A DNA stretch of 64,000 nucleotides from positions 316 through 64,315 of the forward strand of contig CACASS010000001.1 of assembly GCA_902535275.1 (NCBI GenBank), written 5' to 3'. This stretch comes from an uncultured Pelagibacteraceae bacterium. GTDB taxonomy: Bacteria; Pseudomonadota; Alphaproteobacteria; Pelagibacterales; Pelagibacteraceae. The translations under genes were made by a program, and so were the position numbers. Positions 41,530 through 52,349 of the stretch are shown in pieces; position 1 is the stretch's first letter; the number at the start of each line of letters is the position of its first letter. The notes beneath the pieces were generated by a model, which was not told where the DNA came from, did no database searches, and was given only the letters and a program-made list of their open reading frames with translations.

Positions 41530-42419
41530 TCTTTTTCTTCTTTAACTATTGTTCTTTGGCTAACATTCAGTGCAACTAAAATAGGATTTGCGATATATAT
41601 TGAAGAGTAAGTTCCAAAAATAACTCCTAATATCATTGCTAAAGAAAATCCTTTTAGAATTTCACCACCAAATAAGTAAATTGATAACAGAGCTAACAAT
41701 GTAGTCACAGATGTAATTATTGTTCTAGATAAAGTTTCATTAATTGAAATATTAGTTAAATCAAAAATTTTTATATCAGAAAACTTTCTTAAATTTTCTC
41801 TTACTCTATCAAATATGACAACGGTATCATTCATTGAATAACCAACAATAGTTAAAACTGCTGCTACTATAGAAAGGTTTATCTCAAGTGAGAATATAGA
41901 AAATATACCTAATGTAATTATAACATCATGAAATATAGCTAAAATAGCTCCTAAACTAAACTGCCATTCAAATCTTATCCAAATATACAGTAGCATTGCT
42001 GCAAGCGATAAACTTATAGCAATAATTCCAGATTTTAAGAGTTCTGAGCTAACTTTAGGACCAACATTTTCTACTCTTCGAAAGTCGACATCACCAATAG
42101 AGCCTGACAATTTATTTTGAATATTTTTAATAAATTCAGGATCATTTGAATTTTGCTTTTCAAACTTAACGATAAAGTCTGTTTCATTACCAAATTTTTT
42201 AACTGATACGTCTCCTAAATTCATTTGATTAAAGCTATCTCTAATAAGACTAATATTATTCGTTTTATCTGTAGTTCTTAATTCAATTAAAGTACCACCC
42301 TTAAAATCAACACCATAATTTAAACCTTTAAAAATTAAAAATGCTAATGAAATCAGTATTAGTACAAGTGATAATATATTAAATTTTCTATAAAACTTAT
42401 TAAAAGAAATGTCTCTCAT
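41526..42419 (-). CDS. secF: protein translocase subunit SecF
   Basis: GVDFKGG, GYSMNDTVVIFDRVRE; start at ATG 42419. Confidence 0.96.
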   Translation of the reverse strand: MRDISFNKFYRKFNILSLVLILISLAFLIFKGLNYGVDFKGGTLIELRTTDKTNNISLIRDSFNQMNLGDVSVKKFGNETDFIVKFEKQNSNDPEFIKNIQNKLSGSIGDVDFRRVENVGPKVSSELLKSGIIAISLSLAAMLLYIWIRFEWQFSLGAILAIFHDVIITLGIFSIFSLEINLSIVAAVLTIVGYSMNDTVVIFDRVRENLRKFSDIKIFDLTNISINETLSRTIITSVTTLLALLSIYLFGGEILKGFSLAMILGVIFGTYSSIYIANPILVALNVSQRTIVKEEKD

Positions 42420-42420
42420 T

Positions 42421-43974
42421 TTAAAGTAACTGCTCCTTATCTTTATTTTTAACCACATATAAAGAAGTTAATAACCTTGCTATAAAATATACTGAAAACA
42501 AAGTAGTTAAAATTCCAACACCTAAAGTTACAGAAAAACCTTTTACAGGTCCTGATCCCATAAAAAACAAAATGAACGCAGCAATCAGTGTTGTAATATT
42601 TGCATCTAAAATAGTAGTTCTTGATTTTGTATATCCAGCATCAAAAGCTATTATTGGATTTTTTTCATTTTTGGTCTCTTCTTTTATACGTTCAAAAATC
42701 AAAACATTTGCATCAACAGCCATACCAACTGTTAAAATAATACCTGCAATTCCAGGCAAAGTTAATGTTGCTTCAAACAAAGTTAGAATGCCAATTAGCA
42801 AAAAGAGATTTGAAACAAGAGCTAAATTAGCAATTAATCCAAATGCTCTATACTTGTAGATCATAAATAAAATAACTAGCAAGAAACCAATAAATAAAGA
42901 TAAAATACCAGCGTCTATTGAATCTTGACCTAAGTCTGGTCCTACTGTTCTTTCTTCGATTATATTTAAAGGTGCAGGTAAAGCTCCAGATCTAAGTAGC
43001 AATGCAAGATCAGTTGCAGATTGAAAAGTAAAGTCACCTGAGATTTGTCCAGATCCACCAACTATAGGTTCTCTAACTGAAGGAGCACTAATTATTTTAC
43101 CATCTAAAATTATTGCCAGTTGTTTTCCAACCCCCGTACTAGTAGCTTTACCAAATTTTTTGGCACCGACTCTATCTAAGCTAAACGAAACTACTGTTTC
43201 ATTTGTTTGAGAATTCATTGTTGGCTTTGCATCAACCAAGTTATCACCACTTAAAATTATTCTTTTACTTACAATTGCATCTCTAGAACCATCCTCAAAG
43301 GATAATTTTTCAGTTCCAAAAGATTCTTCATTATTTTGAGAAATAAATTGAAATGTGAGATTTGCTGTTTTTCCAAGTAAAGATTTAATTCTATTTGGAT
43401 TGTCTAAACCTGGTAATTCAACTAATATTCTATCATTACCTCTTTTTAGGATATTAGGCTCATTTGTTCCAACTTCATCAACTCTTCTTCTTACAATTTC
43501 AATAGCCTGATCTAATGAGGAATTTTTTAATAAGACCAATCCATATCTAGAATAACTTAATGAAAAAAGATTTATATCTTCTGAAACATCAAATTCATGA
43601 GATTTGTACGTTGGATAATAAGTATTAACATCACTTTCTTTATCATTCAAAATATTTTTAACATTTTCAATTTCGTTATCAGTTGTTTCAAATGAAATTG
43701 TGTCCCCTTTGAGTGAAAAATTTTTAAGAGTAATTTGCTTTTCTTTAAAATATCTTTTTAATTCAATTATTTTTGCCTGTAGTTTTTGAGTAATTACTGG
43801 TCGATTATCTATTTCAAGAAGTAAGTAAGATCCACCCTGTAAGTCTAGACCTAAATTTATATTTTTTGAAAAAAATTTATCATCAAACTTCAAAAAATTT
43901 GAAAAAGCGAAATAAGAAAAAATAACAGTAAAAAGAATTACTGAAATTATTCGTAATTTTGAAAAGTATAACAC
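42421..43974 (-). CDS. secD: protein translocase subunit SecD
   Basis: LGLDLQGG, GMAVDANVLIFERIKE. Confidence 0.96.
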   Translation of the reverse strand: MLYFSKLRIISVILFTVIFSYFAFSNFLKFDDKFFSKNINLGLDLQGGSYLLLEIDNRPVITQKLQAKIIELKRYFKEKQITLKNFSLKGDTISFETTDNEIENVKNILNDKESDVNTYYPTYKSHEFDVSEDINLFSLSYSRYGLVLLKNSSLDQAIEIVRRRVDEVGTNEPNILKRGNDRILVELPGLDNPNRIKSLLGKTANLTFQFISQNNEESFGTEKLSFEDGSRDAIVSKRIILSGDNLVDAKPTMNSQTNETVVSFSLDRVGAKKFGKATSTGVGKQLAIILDGKIISAPSVREPIVGGSGQISGDFTFQSATDLALLLRSGALPAPLNIIEERTVGPDLGQDSIDAGILSLFIGFLLVILFMIYKYRAFGLIANLALVSNLFLLIGILTLFEATLTLPGIAGIILTVGMAVDANVLIFERIKEETKNEKNPIIAFDAGYTKSRTTILDANITTLIAAFILFFMGSGPVKGFSVTLGVGILTTLFSVYFIARLLTSLYVVKNKDKEQLL

Positions 43975-43986
43975 TTTTTTATGATG

Positions 43987-44271
43987 TTATTTTTTTGGTT
44001 CTGTAGAGCTTACTAAACCTTGAATTCCAGTTGCTCTGACAACTTCGACATTAACATTATCAGAAATTTGAACCTCAACTTTTTCGTTATCAATTATTCT
44101 TTCAACAGTACCAACTATTCCGCCAGAAGTAATGACTTTGTCCCCTCTTTTGAGGGCTTCAACCATAGCTTTGTGATCTTTAACTTTTTTCTGTTGAGGT
44201 CTAATAAGAAAAAAATAGAAAATAACAAAAATTAAAATTAATGGTATAAATTGTCCAATTCCAGCATCCAT
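43987..44271 (-). CDS. yajC: preprotein translocase subunit YajC
   Basis: FYFFLIRPQQKK, GDKVITSGGIVG. Confidence 0.96.
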   Translation of the reverse strand: MDAGIGQFIPLILIFVIFYFFLIRPQQKKVKDHKAMVEALKRGDKVITSGGIVGTVERIIDNEKVEVQISDNVNVEVVRATGIQGLVSSTEPKK

Positions 44272-44325
44272 AACGTATCCTATAAGTTTAAGCTATTTAT
44301 CCTATCTATTATTCAAACTCAACTC

Positions 44326-45585
44326 TTAATTGATAGAAATTTTATCTATATTTGGCATATATGGCTTAAGAACTTCAGGTATCAAAATAGATCCATTCTC
44401 CGTTTGATAATTTTCCATGATAGCAATCAAAGTTCTACCAACTGCTAGTCCACTGCCATTAAGTGTGCCAACAAATTCTTTTGAATTGTTTTGTCCTTTA
44501 TATCTAGCTTTCATTCTCCTTGCTTGGAAAGAACCACAAGAAGAACAACTTGAGATCTCTCTATACTTATTTTCAGATGGAAGCCAAACTTCAATGTCAT
44601 AAGTTTTTTCTGCGCTAAAACCCATATCACCAGTGCATAGAATAATTTTTCTATAGGGCAGTTTTAACGCATCCAGTATCATTGTGGCAGAGTTAGACAT
44701 TCTCTCTAATTCTTCAGAACATTTATCATTCTCGACAATACTTACTAGTTCCACTTTATAAAATTGGTGCTGCCTGATCATGCCTTTGGTATCTTTACCA
44801 TAACTACCCGCCTCTTTTCTAAAACATGGTGTTGATGCAACTACTCTAATAGGTAATTCTTTCTTCTCCAAAATTCGATTTTTTACAATATTTGTCAAAA
44901 TTACTTCAGCTGTTGGTATTAAAAACTTTCTCTCTTCTCCTTCATCTAGTTTAATTTCAAATTGATCATTTTCAAATTTTGGCAATTGTCCAGTGCCAAA
45001 CATTGTTTCAGCGGTTGCAATTAATGGAGGCGATATTTCTGTATAACCATTTTTTTGAGTATGTGTATCAATCATAAAATTTGATATTGCTCTTTCTAAT
45101 TGAGCTAATTCTTTTTTAACAAATACAAATCTAGAACCGGTTGTTTTTGTTGCTAAGTCAAAATCAAGCATTTTTAATTTATCTCCTAGCTCATAATGAG
45201 ATTTAGGTTTAAAATTAAATTCTTTTATTTCACCCTTTTTCTCAATTTCTTTATTAGAATTTTCATCCTGTCCTATTGGGATATCACTTAATGGAATATT
45301 TGGTATAGAAGATAAAATGTCAGTAATCTGACTCTGTAATTTTGTTTGATTTTTATTAATTTCTTCAATTTTTAAAGAAAGCTCTTTTGATTTTTCGAAC
45401 AAACTTTGGTCTTTCGATTTTGAAATAGATTTTTTTTCCATTTCAAACTTTTCTTTTTCTTGGATAAGCTTTCTATTTTCTTCATCTAAACTTAATATGT
45501 TATCAAGACTTATATCAATATTTCGATTTTTAAGTTTTTCCTTAAAGCTTTCGAAATCATTTCTTATATCTTTAATATTGTGCAT
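44326..45585 (-). CDS. serS: serine--tRNA ligase
   Basis: LIPTAEV, FRKEAGSYG, EISSCS, TLNGSGLAVGR; start at ATG 45585. Confidence 0.97.
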   Translation of the reverse strand: MHNIKDIRNDFESFKEKLKNRNIDISLDNILSLDEENRKLIQEKEKFEMEKKSISKSKDQSLFEKSKELSLKIEEINKNQTKLQSQITDILSSIPNIPLSDIPIGQDENSNKEIEKKGEIKEFNFKPKSHYELGDKLKMLDFDLATKTTGSRFVFVKKELAQLERAISNFMIDTHTQKNGYTEISPPLIATAETMFGTGQLPKFENDQFEIKLDEGEERKFLIPTAEVILTNIVKNRILEKKELPIRVVASTPCFRKEAGSYGKDTKGMIRQHQFYKVELVSIVENDKCSEELERMSNSATMILDALKLPYRKIILCTGDMGFSAEKTYDIEVWLPSENKYREISSCSSCGSFQARRMKARYKGQNNSKEFVGTLNGSGLAVGRTLIAIMENYQTENGSILIPEVLKPYMPNIDKISIN

Positions 45586-46342
45586 TTTTTTCTGCTGCTT
45601 TCTTTTCAATTATTCCTACTGATATTATTGATAATTCATATAAAATTAATAAAGGTATACCTAAACCAATTTGTGTGATTGGGTCTGGTGGCGTTAATAT
45701 AGCTGCTGCAGCGAATATTATTACAACAACATATTTTCTTCTTTCTTTTAAAAATGTTGAATTCACAACTCCAATTCTAGCTAATAAACTTAATACTACT
45801 GGTAATTGAAAACTTAAACCAAATGCAAAAATAAGCTTCATTACCAATGATAAATACTCATTTACTTTAGCTTCTAATTGAATTGGTAGATTAGTGGCTG
45901 TGCCTAAACTCTCGAAGGACAAAAAAAACTTTATAGCTAATGGCATTATTAAATAATAAACCAACATCCCACCAAGCAAGAATAGAATTGGAGTTACTAC
46001 TAAGTAAGGCATTATAGCTTTCTTTTCATGATTATAAAGTCCAGGTGCTATAAATTTCCAAACTTGGATGAGTATAAACGGGCTTGTGATAAAGAAAGCT
46101 GCAAAAAAAGAAACCTTTAAGTATGTTAGAAATGTTTCTTGAAGAGCAGTAAATATTAATCTTCTATTTGTGTCGTCATCTTTAACTGCATTCGCATATG
46201 GTTCAACTAAAAATCCATAAATGTACTCAGAAAAATAATAACAAATTACAAATAAAATAGCCAAAAATATAAATGAGTTTATTAATCTTTTTCTTAATTC
46301 AGTTAAATGACTTATGAAACTTCCCTCTTTATCTTTACTCAT
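45572..46342 (-). CDS. tatC: twin-arginine translocase subunit TatC
   Basis: HLTELRKRL, FIAPGLY, TPPD; start at ATG 46342. Confidence 0.96.
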   Translation of the reverse strand: MSKDKEGSFISHLTELRKRLINSFIFLAILFVICYYFSEYIYGFLVEPYANAVKDDDTNRRLIFTALQETFLTYLKVSFFAAFFITSPFILIQVWKFIAPGLYNHEKKAIMPYLVVTPILFLLGGMLVYYLIMPLAIKFFLSFESLGTATNLPIQLEAKVNEYLSLVMKLIFAFGLSFQLPVVLSLLARIGVVNSTFLKERRKYVVVIIFAAAAILTPPDPITQIGLGIPLLILYELSIISVGIIEKKAAEKNAQY

Positions 46343-46568
46343 CTTTTTTTTTCTCTTTATGTTCTGATTTAGGTTTATCATCTATATCAGCATTCAAAGT
46401 TTCATTTGTTAAATCAGTTACTTGTCCCTGGACATCACGAACGTATCTTTTGGCCGAACCAATCCATGAACCAATTTTTTTTAACATATAAGGAAAATCT
46501 TTAGGACCTACTACAATAATTGCTATTGAGACTATGATTAGTATTTCTAGCCAGCCAATTGACGGCAT
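46335..46568 (-). CDS. tatB: twin-arginine translocase subunit TatB
   Basis: IGWLE...VVGPKDFP. Confidence 0.9.
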   Translation of the reverse strand: MPSIGWLEILIIVSIAIIVVGPKDFPYMLKKIGSWIGSAKRYVRDVQGQVTDLTNETLNADIDDKPKSEHKEKKKDE

Positions 46569-46571
46569 TTG

Positions 46572-46769
46572 TTATTCTTTTTTATTAGAGTCTTGATTCT
46601 CTGAAATATTTTTAGTTTGGTCTTCATCAGTAACATCTGTAGCCATACCTTTTTTAAAACTTTTAATTCCTTTAGCAACATCACCCATTAAACTAGAGAT
46701 TTTTCCTCTACCAAAAAGTAATACCACTAAAATTACTACAATTGCTATTTGCCAAAATCCTATACTCAT
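46572..46769 (-). CDS. tatA: twin-arginine translocase subunit TatA
   Basis: LLFGRGKI...GIKSFKKG. Confidence 0.93.
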   Translation of the reverse strand: MSIGFWQIAIVVILVVLLFGRGKISSLMGDVAKGIKSFKKGMATDVTDEDQTKNISENQDSNKKE

Positions 46770-46812
46770 AAATTATTTATAACCTTATTATTGATTTATT
46801 AAAAGTGATTTT

Positions 46813-47502
46813 TTAGGTTTCGTCAGATTTGAGGGTACTGCTTAACATTTCATCAATATCGGAATAAATATTTTCCTTCTTATCGACTTGTTTTTCTTTA
46901 AAAAATTTGCCTGTTCCAAATATTGATGAGTCTACACTTGATGTATCAATTAAGCCTGCTGAACCTAATTCATTCACGGTTGGTAAATCTGACAGTTTTT
47001 GCAGATTAAAATGACTTAAAAATTCATCTGTGGTTCCATATTGTATTGGTTTACCAGGAACATTTTTTCTACCTTCGTGTTTAACCCAATTTAACTCCAT
47101 TAAAATTTCTAAAGTATTAGTTCCAAAAGCTACACCTCTAATCTCTTCAATTTCGGACCTTGTCACAGGTTGGTGATAAACAATAATAGCAAGAGTTTCA
47201 ATTGCAGCTCTAGACAATTTTTTTTCAACAGTTTTTTGTTCTGACATTAAAGAAGATAAATTCACTGCAGTTCTAAAAGACCATTTATTTGAAATACAAA
47301 TTAGATTAATGCCTCTTTTGGAGTAAAAATCTTTTAGGTTTTCTAATGATTGTTGAATGTCAGTTGGTTTTGATAATTTTGACTCAATCGTTTCTACTGA
47401 TAAAGGTTCTGCGGCAGCAAAGATAATAGCCTCAATCTCTCTTTCTACATCGGTTAGTTTAGTTGGAAAACTTACAATATTATTTTTTTTAATTTTGTTC
47501 AT
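46813..47502 (-). CDS. scpB: SMC-Scp complex subunit ScpB
   Basis: LSRAAIETLAIIVYHQPVTRSEIEEIRGV. Confidence 0.95.
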   Translation of the reverse strand: MNKIKKNNIVSFPTKLTDVEREIEAIIFAAAEPLSVETIESKLSKPTDIQQSLENLKDFYSKRGINLICISNKWSFRTAVNLSSLMSEQKTVEKKLSRAAIETLAIIVYHQPVTRSEIEEIRGVAFGTNTLEILMELNWVKHEGRKNVPGKPIQYGTTDEFLSHFNLQKLSDLPTVNELGSAGLIDTSSVDSSIFGTGKFFKEKQVDKKENIYSDIDEMLSSTLKSDET

Positions 47503-48236
47503 TAATTTTCCTTAATATAGATATCATCGAATAATTCTTTTTGTTTTAAAGATATATTTCCCTCTTTTACCAATTCTAAAGAGCCAGCAAAAATTCCAGC
47601 TTTGCCTGTTTTCTTTAAATTAGGAGATTTATTAAATCCAGACGGAACTAACTCAGACAAATTTTTCCAATCATTAAGCTTGCCAAAAAACTCCTTTATT
47701 CTTTTAATAGCATCCTCAGTAGTGAAAACAGGAAGTTTGGGTATGTTCATAGTATGAAAATCTTTAGTCATGACTATACCTGAATAAGCTTTTAATAATT
47801 CAAATAATCTTAAAGAAACTTTTTTATCATAAATCGATTTTACACCACTTTTAGAACCACGCATAAAAACATCTCTACCTAGTCTTTTTCTATCTAACAT
47901 TTGAGACGATAATAATCTAATTAACTCTAATTTTTTTAATTGTAATTTGAGTTTCTCAGCAACTTCAAAAGCTTTAAACTCCTCCTCATCAGTCTCAGGA
48001 AGTAATAATTTTGATTTCAAATAAGTAAGCCAAGTTGCCATTAACAAATACTCAGAAGCTATTTCTAAATTTAAATTTTCTTTCTCTGTTAAATATTGAT
48101 GAAATTGATCAGCAAGTTTTGTAATAGAAATTTTTTCTAAATCTACTTTTTGTGATTTAGCAAGATCAAGTAATATCTCGAGAGAACCACTGAAATTATT
48201 TAAATTTACATTAAAATCTAAAGAATCATCGGACAT
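47502..48236 (-). CDS. scpA: segregation/condensation protein ScpA
   Basis: FSGSLEILL, ASEYLLMATWLTYLKSKLLLP, LELVKEG. Confidence 0.93.
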   Translation of the reverse strand: MSDDSLDFNVNLNNFSGSLEILLDLAKSQKVDLEKISITKLADQFHQYLTEKENLNLEIASEYLLMATWLTYLKSKLLLPETDEEEFKAFEVAEKLKLQLKKLELIRLLSSQMLDRKRLGRDVFMRGSKSGVKSIYDKKVSLRLFELLKAYSGIVMTKDFHTMNIPKLPVFTTEDAIKRIKEFFGKLNDWKNLSELVPSGFNKSPNLKKTGKAGIFAGSLELVKEGNISLKQKELFDDIYIKEN

Positions 48237-48247
48237 CAAAAATCACT

Positions 48248-49201
48248 CTAACCTATAATTTTTATTAATTGTGATGTTTTTTTCGTTACAAATTTATCTA
48301 ATTTTGGTGAATTTTCAGCAACAGTGACCATTTCGCTCAAATTTCCATTGCAGTGAAGGGCTAAGTTACATCCAGCTAAAAAAGATTTTTTTACTCTAAC
48401 ATCAAGTTTATCTTTTAAAGCTTTCATTGAAAGATCGTCTGTTAAAATTAGATTTTGAAATTTTATTTTATTTCTTATTAAACTAATGATTTTTTTTGAA
48501 TGAGTAACATTATTTCGAGAATCAATTTTTTGAAATAGTAAATGTCCTGTCATTGCAATTAATGATTTCTTATTTTTAAAAGTATAAAAATCATTTTTAA
48601 CTAAATAATCCATATTTTTATTAATTTTAGGAAGATTTTTATGACTATCGACTTTAGCTAGACCATGTCCTGGAATATGCTTCATTACTGTTGCAACACC
48701 ATTTTTATGAAAATGATTGATACAAATATCTCCCATTGCTGATACTATTTTTTTGTTACTTGAAAATGACCTGTCATCAACAATCTTATGAAAATTTTTT
48801 CTTTTAAGGTCTAGAACTGGAACCGTATTAATATTTATACCTAGTAATTTTAATAGATATGTAATTTGTTTAACATAAACATTATAATAAATATTAAATT
48901 TTTTTTTATCTTTTTTAAATAGATTGCCGAAATATTCAGCTGAGAAAATAGAATTATCAATAAATTTCCTTAACCTACTAACTCTGCCACCCTCTTCATC
49001 TATCATAATAGGATAATTTTTATTTTTAAAAATTTTTTTAATAGAATTTGTTAATTCTTTAGTTTGATTTATAGAATTTATATTTCTAGAAAATAAAATA
49101 ATTCCCCATGGTTTATATTTTTTTAAAAAACTAATTTCATTTTTGGTAAGATATTTACCTTTTATTCCACATATAAAAGATCTATGGGATTTATTTGTCA
49201 T
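48248..49201 (-). CDS. nagZ: beta-N-acetylhexosaminidase (GH3)
   Basis: DEEGGRV, KHIPGHG, DSH, TDDLSM. Confidence 0.93.
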   Translation of the reverse strand: MTNKSHRSFICGIKGKYLTKNEISFLKKYKPWGIILFSRNINSINQTKELTNSIKKIFKNKNYPIMIDEEGGRVSRLRKFIDNSIFSAEYFGNLFKKDKKKFNIYYNVYVKQITYLLKLLGININTVPVLDLKRKNFHKIVDDRSFSSNKKIVSAMGDICINHFHKNGVATVMKHIPGHGLAKVDSHKNLPKINKNMDYLVKNDFYTFKNKKSLIAMTGHLLFQKIDSRNNVTHSKKIISLIRNKIKFQNLILTDDLSMKALKDKLDVRVKKSFLAGCNLALHCNGNLSEMVTVAENSPKLDKFVTKKTSQLIKIIG

Positions 49202-49454
49202 TATAAAGAAGTTCCCAAAAAGAATATTTATTTTTTTTCTTATTATTTTTAAATTCTACATATTCAATAATATTTTCTGTATCATTTTCTAATAATATAA
49301 GATCTTTTTCAATATTGTTAATTTTTTCGTCAATTGATGAAAGTGATCTATAAGAATTCTTAATATTTTCATCAGAGAAATAGTATCTGGCAGTAAAAAA
49401 AATAAAGAAGAAAATTATAATAAGAAAAAAAAGATACTTTAGTTCTTTAATCAT
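49191..49454 (-). CDS. small bitopic membrane protein at the argS-nagZ (ftsN) position
   Basis: N-terminal TM helix, 87 aa, overlaps both neighbours. Confidence 0.6.
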   Translation of the reverse strand: MIKELKYLFFLIIIFFFIFFTARYYFSDENIKNSYRSLSSIDEKINNIEKDLILLENDTENIIEYVEFKNNKKKNKYSFWELLYNDK

Positions 49455-51184
49455 TACATTTTTTCAGGTGTATCTACACCCAAAATATTCATACCTGTTT
49501 TCAAAGTATTGGCTATAGATTTAAGGAAAACTAGTTTTTCCATTTTAATTGTATTATCTTCCTCGATAAATCTTTTAGAAAGATCTTCCTTGCCCATATT
49601 CCAATAAGAGTGAAATTCAGAAGCTAATTCATAAAGATAAACTGAAATTCTATGTGGTTCTAATTTTTCTGAGGATACTTCAACACATTTAGGCCATTCA
49701 CTAATTTTTTTGAATAATTTTATTTCTTCATTGCCAAAATTAAAATCTGAATTCTTTGTCTCAAGATTATTATTTATATCATTTTGGGTATTTCTAAAAA
49801 CTGACGAAATTCTAGCATATGCATACTGAACATAATAAATTGGGTTTTCTTTCGATTTTTCTTTTACTTTGTCAAAATCAAAATCAATTTCTGCATCACT
49901 ACTTCTGCTTAACATAATAAACCTTGTTGCATCCTTACCAACTTCATTAATAAGATCCTCTATAGTGATATAATCTCCTTTTCTTTTTGACATTTTAAAA
50001 GGTTTTTTATCCTTAATGAGTTTTACTAACTGACTTACTTTGCAAATTAATTTATTTTTCTCACCTGATAATGCCTCAACCACTGAAGTAATTCTTTTAA
50101 TATAACCAGCGTGATCAGCGCCAAGAATATTTATAAGAATATTAAAATTTCTTTTTAATTTTGTATTATGATATGCAACATCACTTGCAAAGTATGTCCA
50201 CGATTTATCTTCTTTTTGTAGAGCCCTATCTTTATCATCGCCAAAGTCTGTAGATTTAAACAATAATTGCTCTCTTTCTACCCAGTTTTCATTACTTTCT
50301 CCCTCAGGTGCTTTAATTTTTCCTTCATAAATATATTTTTTTTCTTTTAAATTTTTTATTACTTCATCAACTTCATTATTATTTATTACATCAGTTTCAC
50401 TTGCAAAATTGTCATGCTTTATACCAAGATTTTCTAAATTTATTTTTATTAATTTTAAAGATTCTTGTATTGAAAGTTTTTTTAGTTTTTCTGAAACTGA
50501 TTCAAAGTTTTTGAAATCTAAATCTTTATTTTTTGAAATTATTTTTTTTGCTATATCTATAAGATAGTCTCCAGGATATAATTCCTTATCGTCTATCGGA
50601 AAAGTTTCATCATAAAGAATTTCTTTTATTCTTAAATAAACAGATTTTGTAAAATGAGAGATTTGATTTCCATAATCATTAACATAATATTCTTTGGTAA
50701 CTTTATGACCGTTGAAGGATAAAAGATTAGATATTACATCTCCAAGTATGGCACCTCTTGAATGGCCTACGTGTAAAGGTCCAGTTGGATTTGCAGATAC
50801 AAATTCTACTAAATAAGTATTTTTTTTTCCACTAGTGCTACTTCCATATGATGAATTATTTAAGACATCTAGTATAAAGCCATTCCAAAATTCATTTTTA
50901 AATTTTAGATTAATAAAACCTGGTTTTTCGATGCTAATTTCATCAATATTGTTATCACTATCTTTTATTAAGTCAGCTATCTGCTTAGCAAGTTCTAGCG
51001 GAGTTTTTTTATTAATTTTGGATAAAACCATTGCAACATTTGTGGAAATATCTCCAGTAAATTTTGCAGGTGGTATATCAACATTGATACCTGATAAATT
51101 ATCTGGCAACTCTAACAAATTATCTTTGTGGGCAGATTTAATAATTTTTTCTATCTTTAATAAATAATTTTCAAATATATTCAT
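49454..51184 (-). CDS. argS: arginine--tRNA ligase
   Basis: SANPTGPLHVGH, KMSKRKG, YVQYAYAR. Confidence 0.97.
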   Translation of the reverse strand: MNIFENYLLKIEKIIKSAHKDNLLELPDNLSGINVDIPPAKFTGDISTNVAMVLSKINKKTPLELAKQIADLIKDSDNNIDEISIEKPGFINLKFKNEFWNGFILDVLNNSSYGSSTSGKKNTYLVEFVSANPTGPLHVGHSRGAILGDVISNLLSFNGHKVTKEYYVNDYGNQISHFTKSVYLRIKEILYDETFPIDDKELYPGDYLIDIAKKIISKNKDLDFKNFESVSEKLKKLSIQESLKLIKINLENLGIKHDNFASETDVINNNEVDEVIKNLKEKKYIYEGKIKAPEGESNENWVEREQLLFKSTDFGDDKDRALQKEDKSWTYFASDVAYHNTKLKRNFNILINILGADHAGYIKRITSVVEALSGEKNKLICKVSQLVKLIKDKKPFKMSKRKGDYITIEDLINEVGKDATRFIMLSRSSDAEIDFDFDKVKEKSKENPIYYVQYAYARISSVFRNTQNDINNNLETKNSDFNFGNEEIKLFKKISEWPKCVEVSSEKLEPHRISVYLYELASEFHSYWNMGKEDLSKRFIEEDNTIKMEKLVFLKSIANTLKTGMNILGVDTPEKM

Positions 51185-52299
51185 TTGTATGACTTATATA
51201 ATTGTATTGCGTATCTGTCAGTCATTCCTGATATATAATCAGAAATTGCTCTATATTTATTTTTATCTATAAATTTATTAATAATAAACTTTTTCGGTTT
51301 CTTTTCTATTATTTTAAATAAATTTTCTACTATTTTTTTTCCACGATTATTTTTCAATTGTACAGTCTTATTATTATACATATTTATTTTTAAAAAATTT
51401 TTAACCTCTTTTTCTATTGATAAAAATTTACTAGAGAAATTAATTATTTTATCTTTGTACATTTGAACGTCTCTTTTAGTATTGATCTTATTTTTCTTTA
51501 AATTTTTAATACTATTTTTAATTACATCTTGCACCATTAAATTTATAGAGTCTCTTATAATTTGATAAACTATTATATCTTTATTTGAACGATTAATTTT
51601 TGTTTTATAGGATTCATAAATTTGTTTAAAAAAATTAATTTCACATAATTGATTTAGTGAAAATAATTTAGCCTTAATTCCATCTTGTATATCATGATTA
51701 TTATAGGCTATGTCATCAGATATAGCTGCAATCTGTGCCTCAAGAGAAGAATTGTTTTTAAAATTAATTTTTTGTTTAAATTTTTTGGCTCCAATTATTC
51801 TATTTATTTTATCAATATTACTTATTGGTCCGTTATGTTTTAAAAGACCATCCAGTGTTTCAATTGTTAAATTTAAACCCTTAAATTTTAAATATTTATT
51901 TTCTATGAACATAACTATTCTTAAGGTTTGAAGATTATGATCAAAACCACCATGCATGGTCATTGATTCATTCAAGGCTTCTTCACCAGCATGTCCAAAT
52001 GGAGTATGTCCCATATCATGGGCTAGACTTAGTGTTTCAACTAAATCATCATTTAAATTCAAATATCTAGATATTGATCTTGCAATTTGAGCAACTTCTA
52101 ATGAATGAGTTATTCTCGTTCTATAATGGTCACCTTCTGTATTAACAAAAACTTGGGTTTTGTGCTTTAATCTTCTAAAAGATGCGGAATGAATAATTCT
52201 ATCCCGATCTCTTTGAAATGGCGTTCTAAAGATGCTATTTGGCTCAAAAACTAAACGACCTTTTGATGTAAAAAAACCTAATTTTGAGTAATTATTCAT
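51181..52299 (-). CDS. dgt: dGTP triphosphohydrolase
   Basis: RDRDRI, KTQVF, RITHSLEV, HDMGHTPFGH, DDIAY, SGMTD. Confidence 0.94.
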   Translation of the reverse strand: MNNYSKLGFFTSKGRLVFEPNSIFRTPFQRDRDRIIHSASFRRLKHKTQVFVNTEGDHYRTRITHSLEVAQIARSISRYLNLNDDLVETLSLAHDMGHTPFGHAGEEALNESMTMHGGFDHNLQTLRIVMFIENKYLKFKGLNLTIETLDGLLKHNGPISNIDKINRIIGAKKFKQKINFKNNSSLEAQIAAISDDIAYNNHDIQDGIKAKLFSLNQLCEINFFKQIYESYKTKINRSNKDIIVYQIIRDSINLMVQDVIKNSIKNLKKNKINTKRDVQMYKDKIINFSSKFLSIEKEVKNFLKINMYNNKTVQLKNNRGKKIVENLFKIIEKKPKKFIINKFIDKNKYRAISDYISGMTDRYAIQLYKSYK

Positions 52300-52349
52300 T
52301 CTTTAAAAATGGCAAATATTAATTATATTAGTAATAACAGCGATAAATA

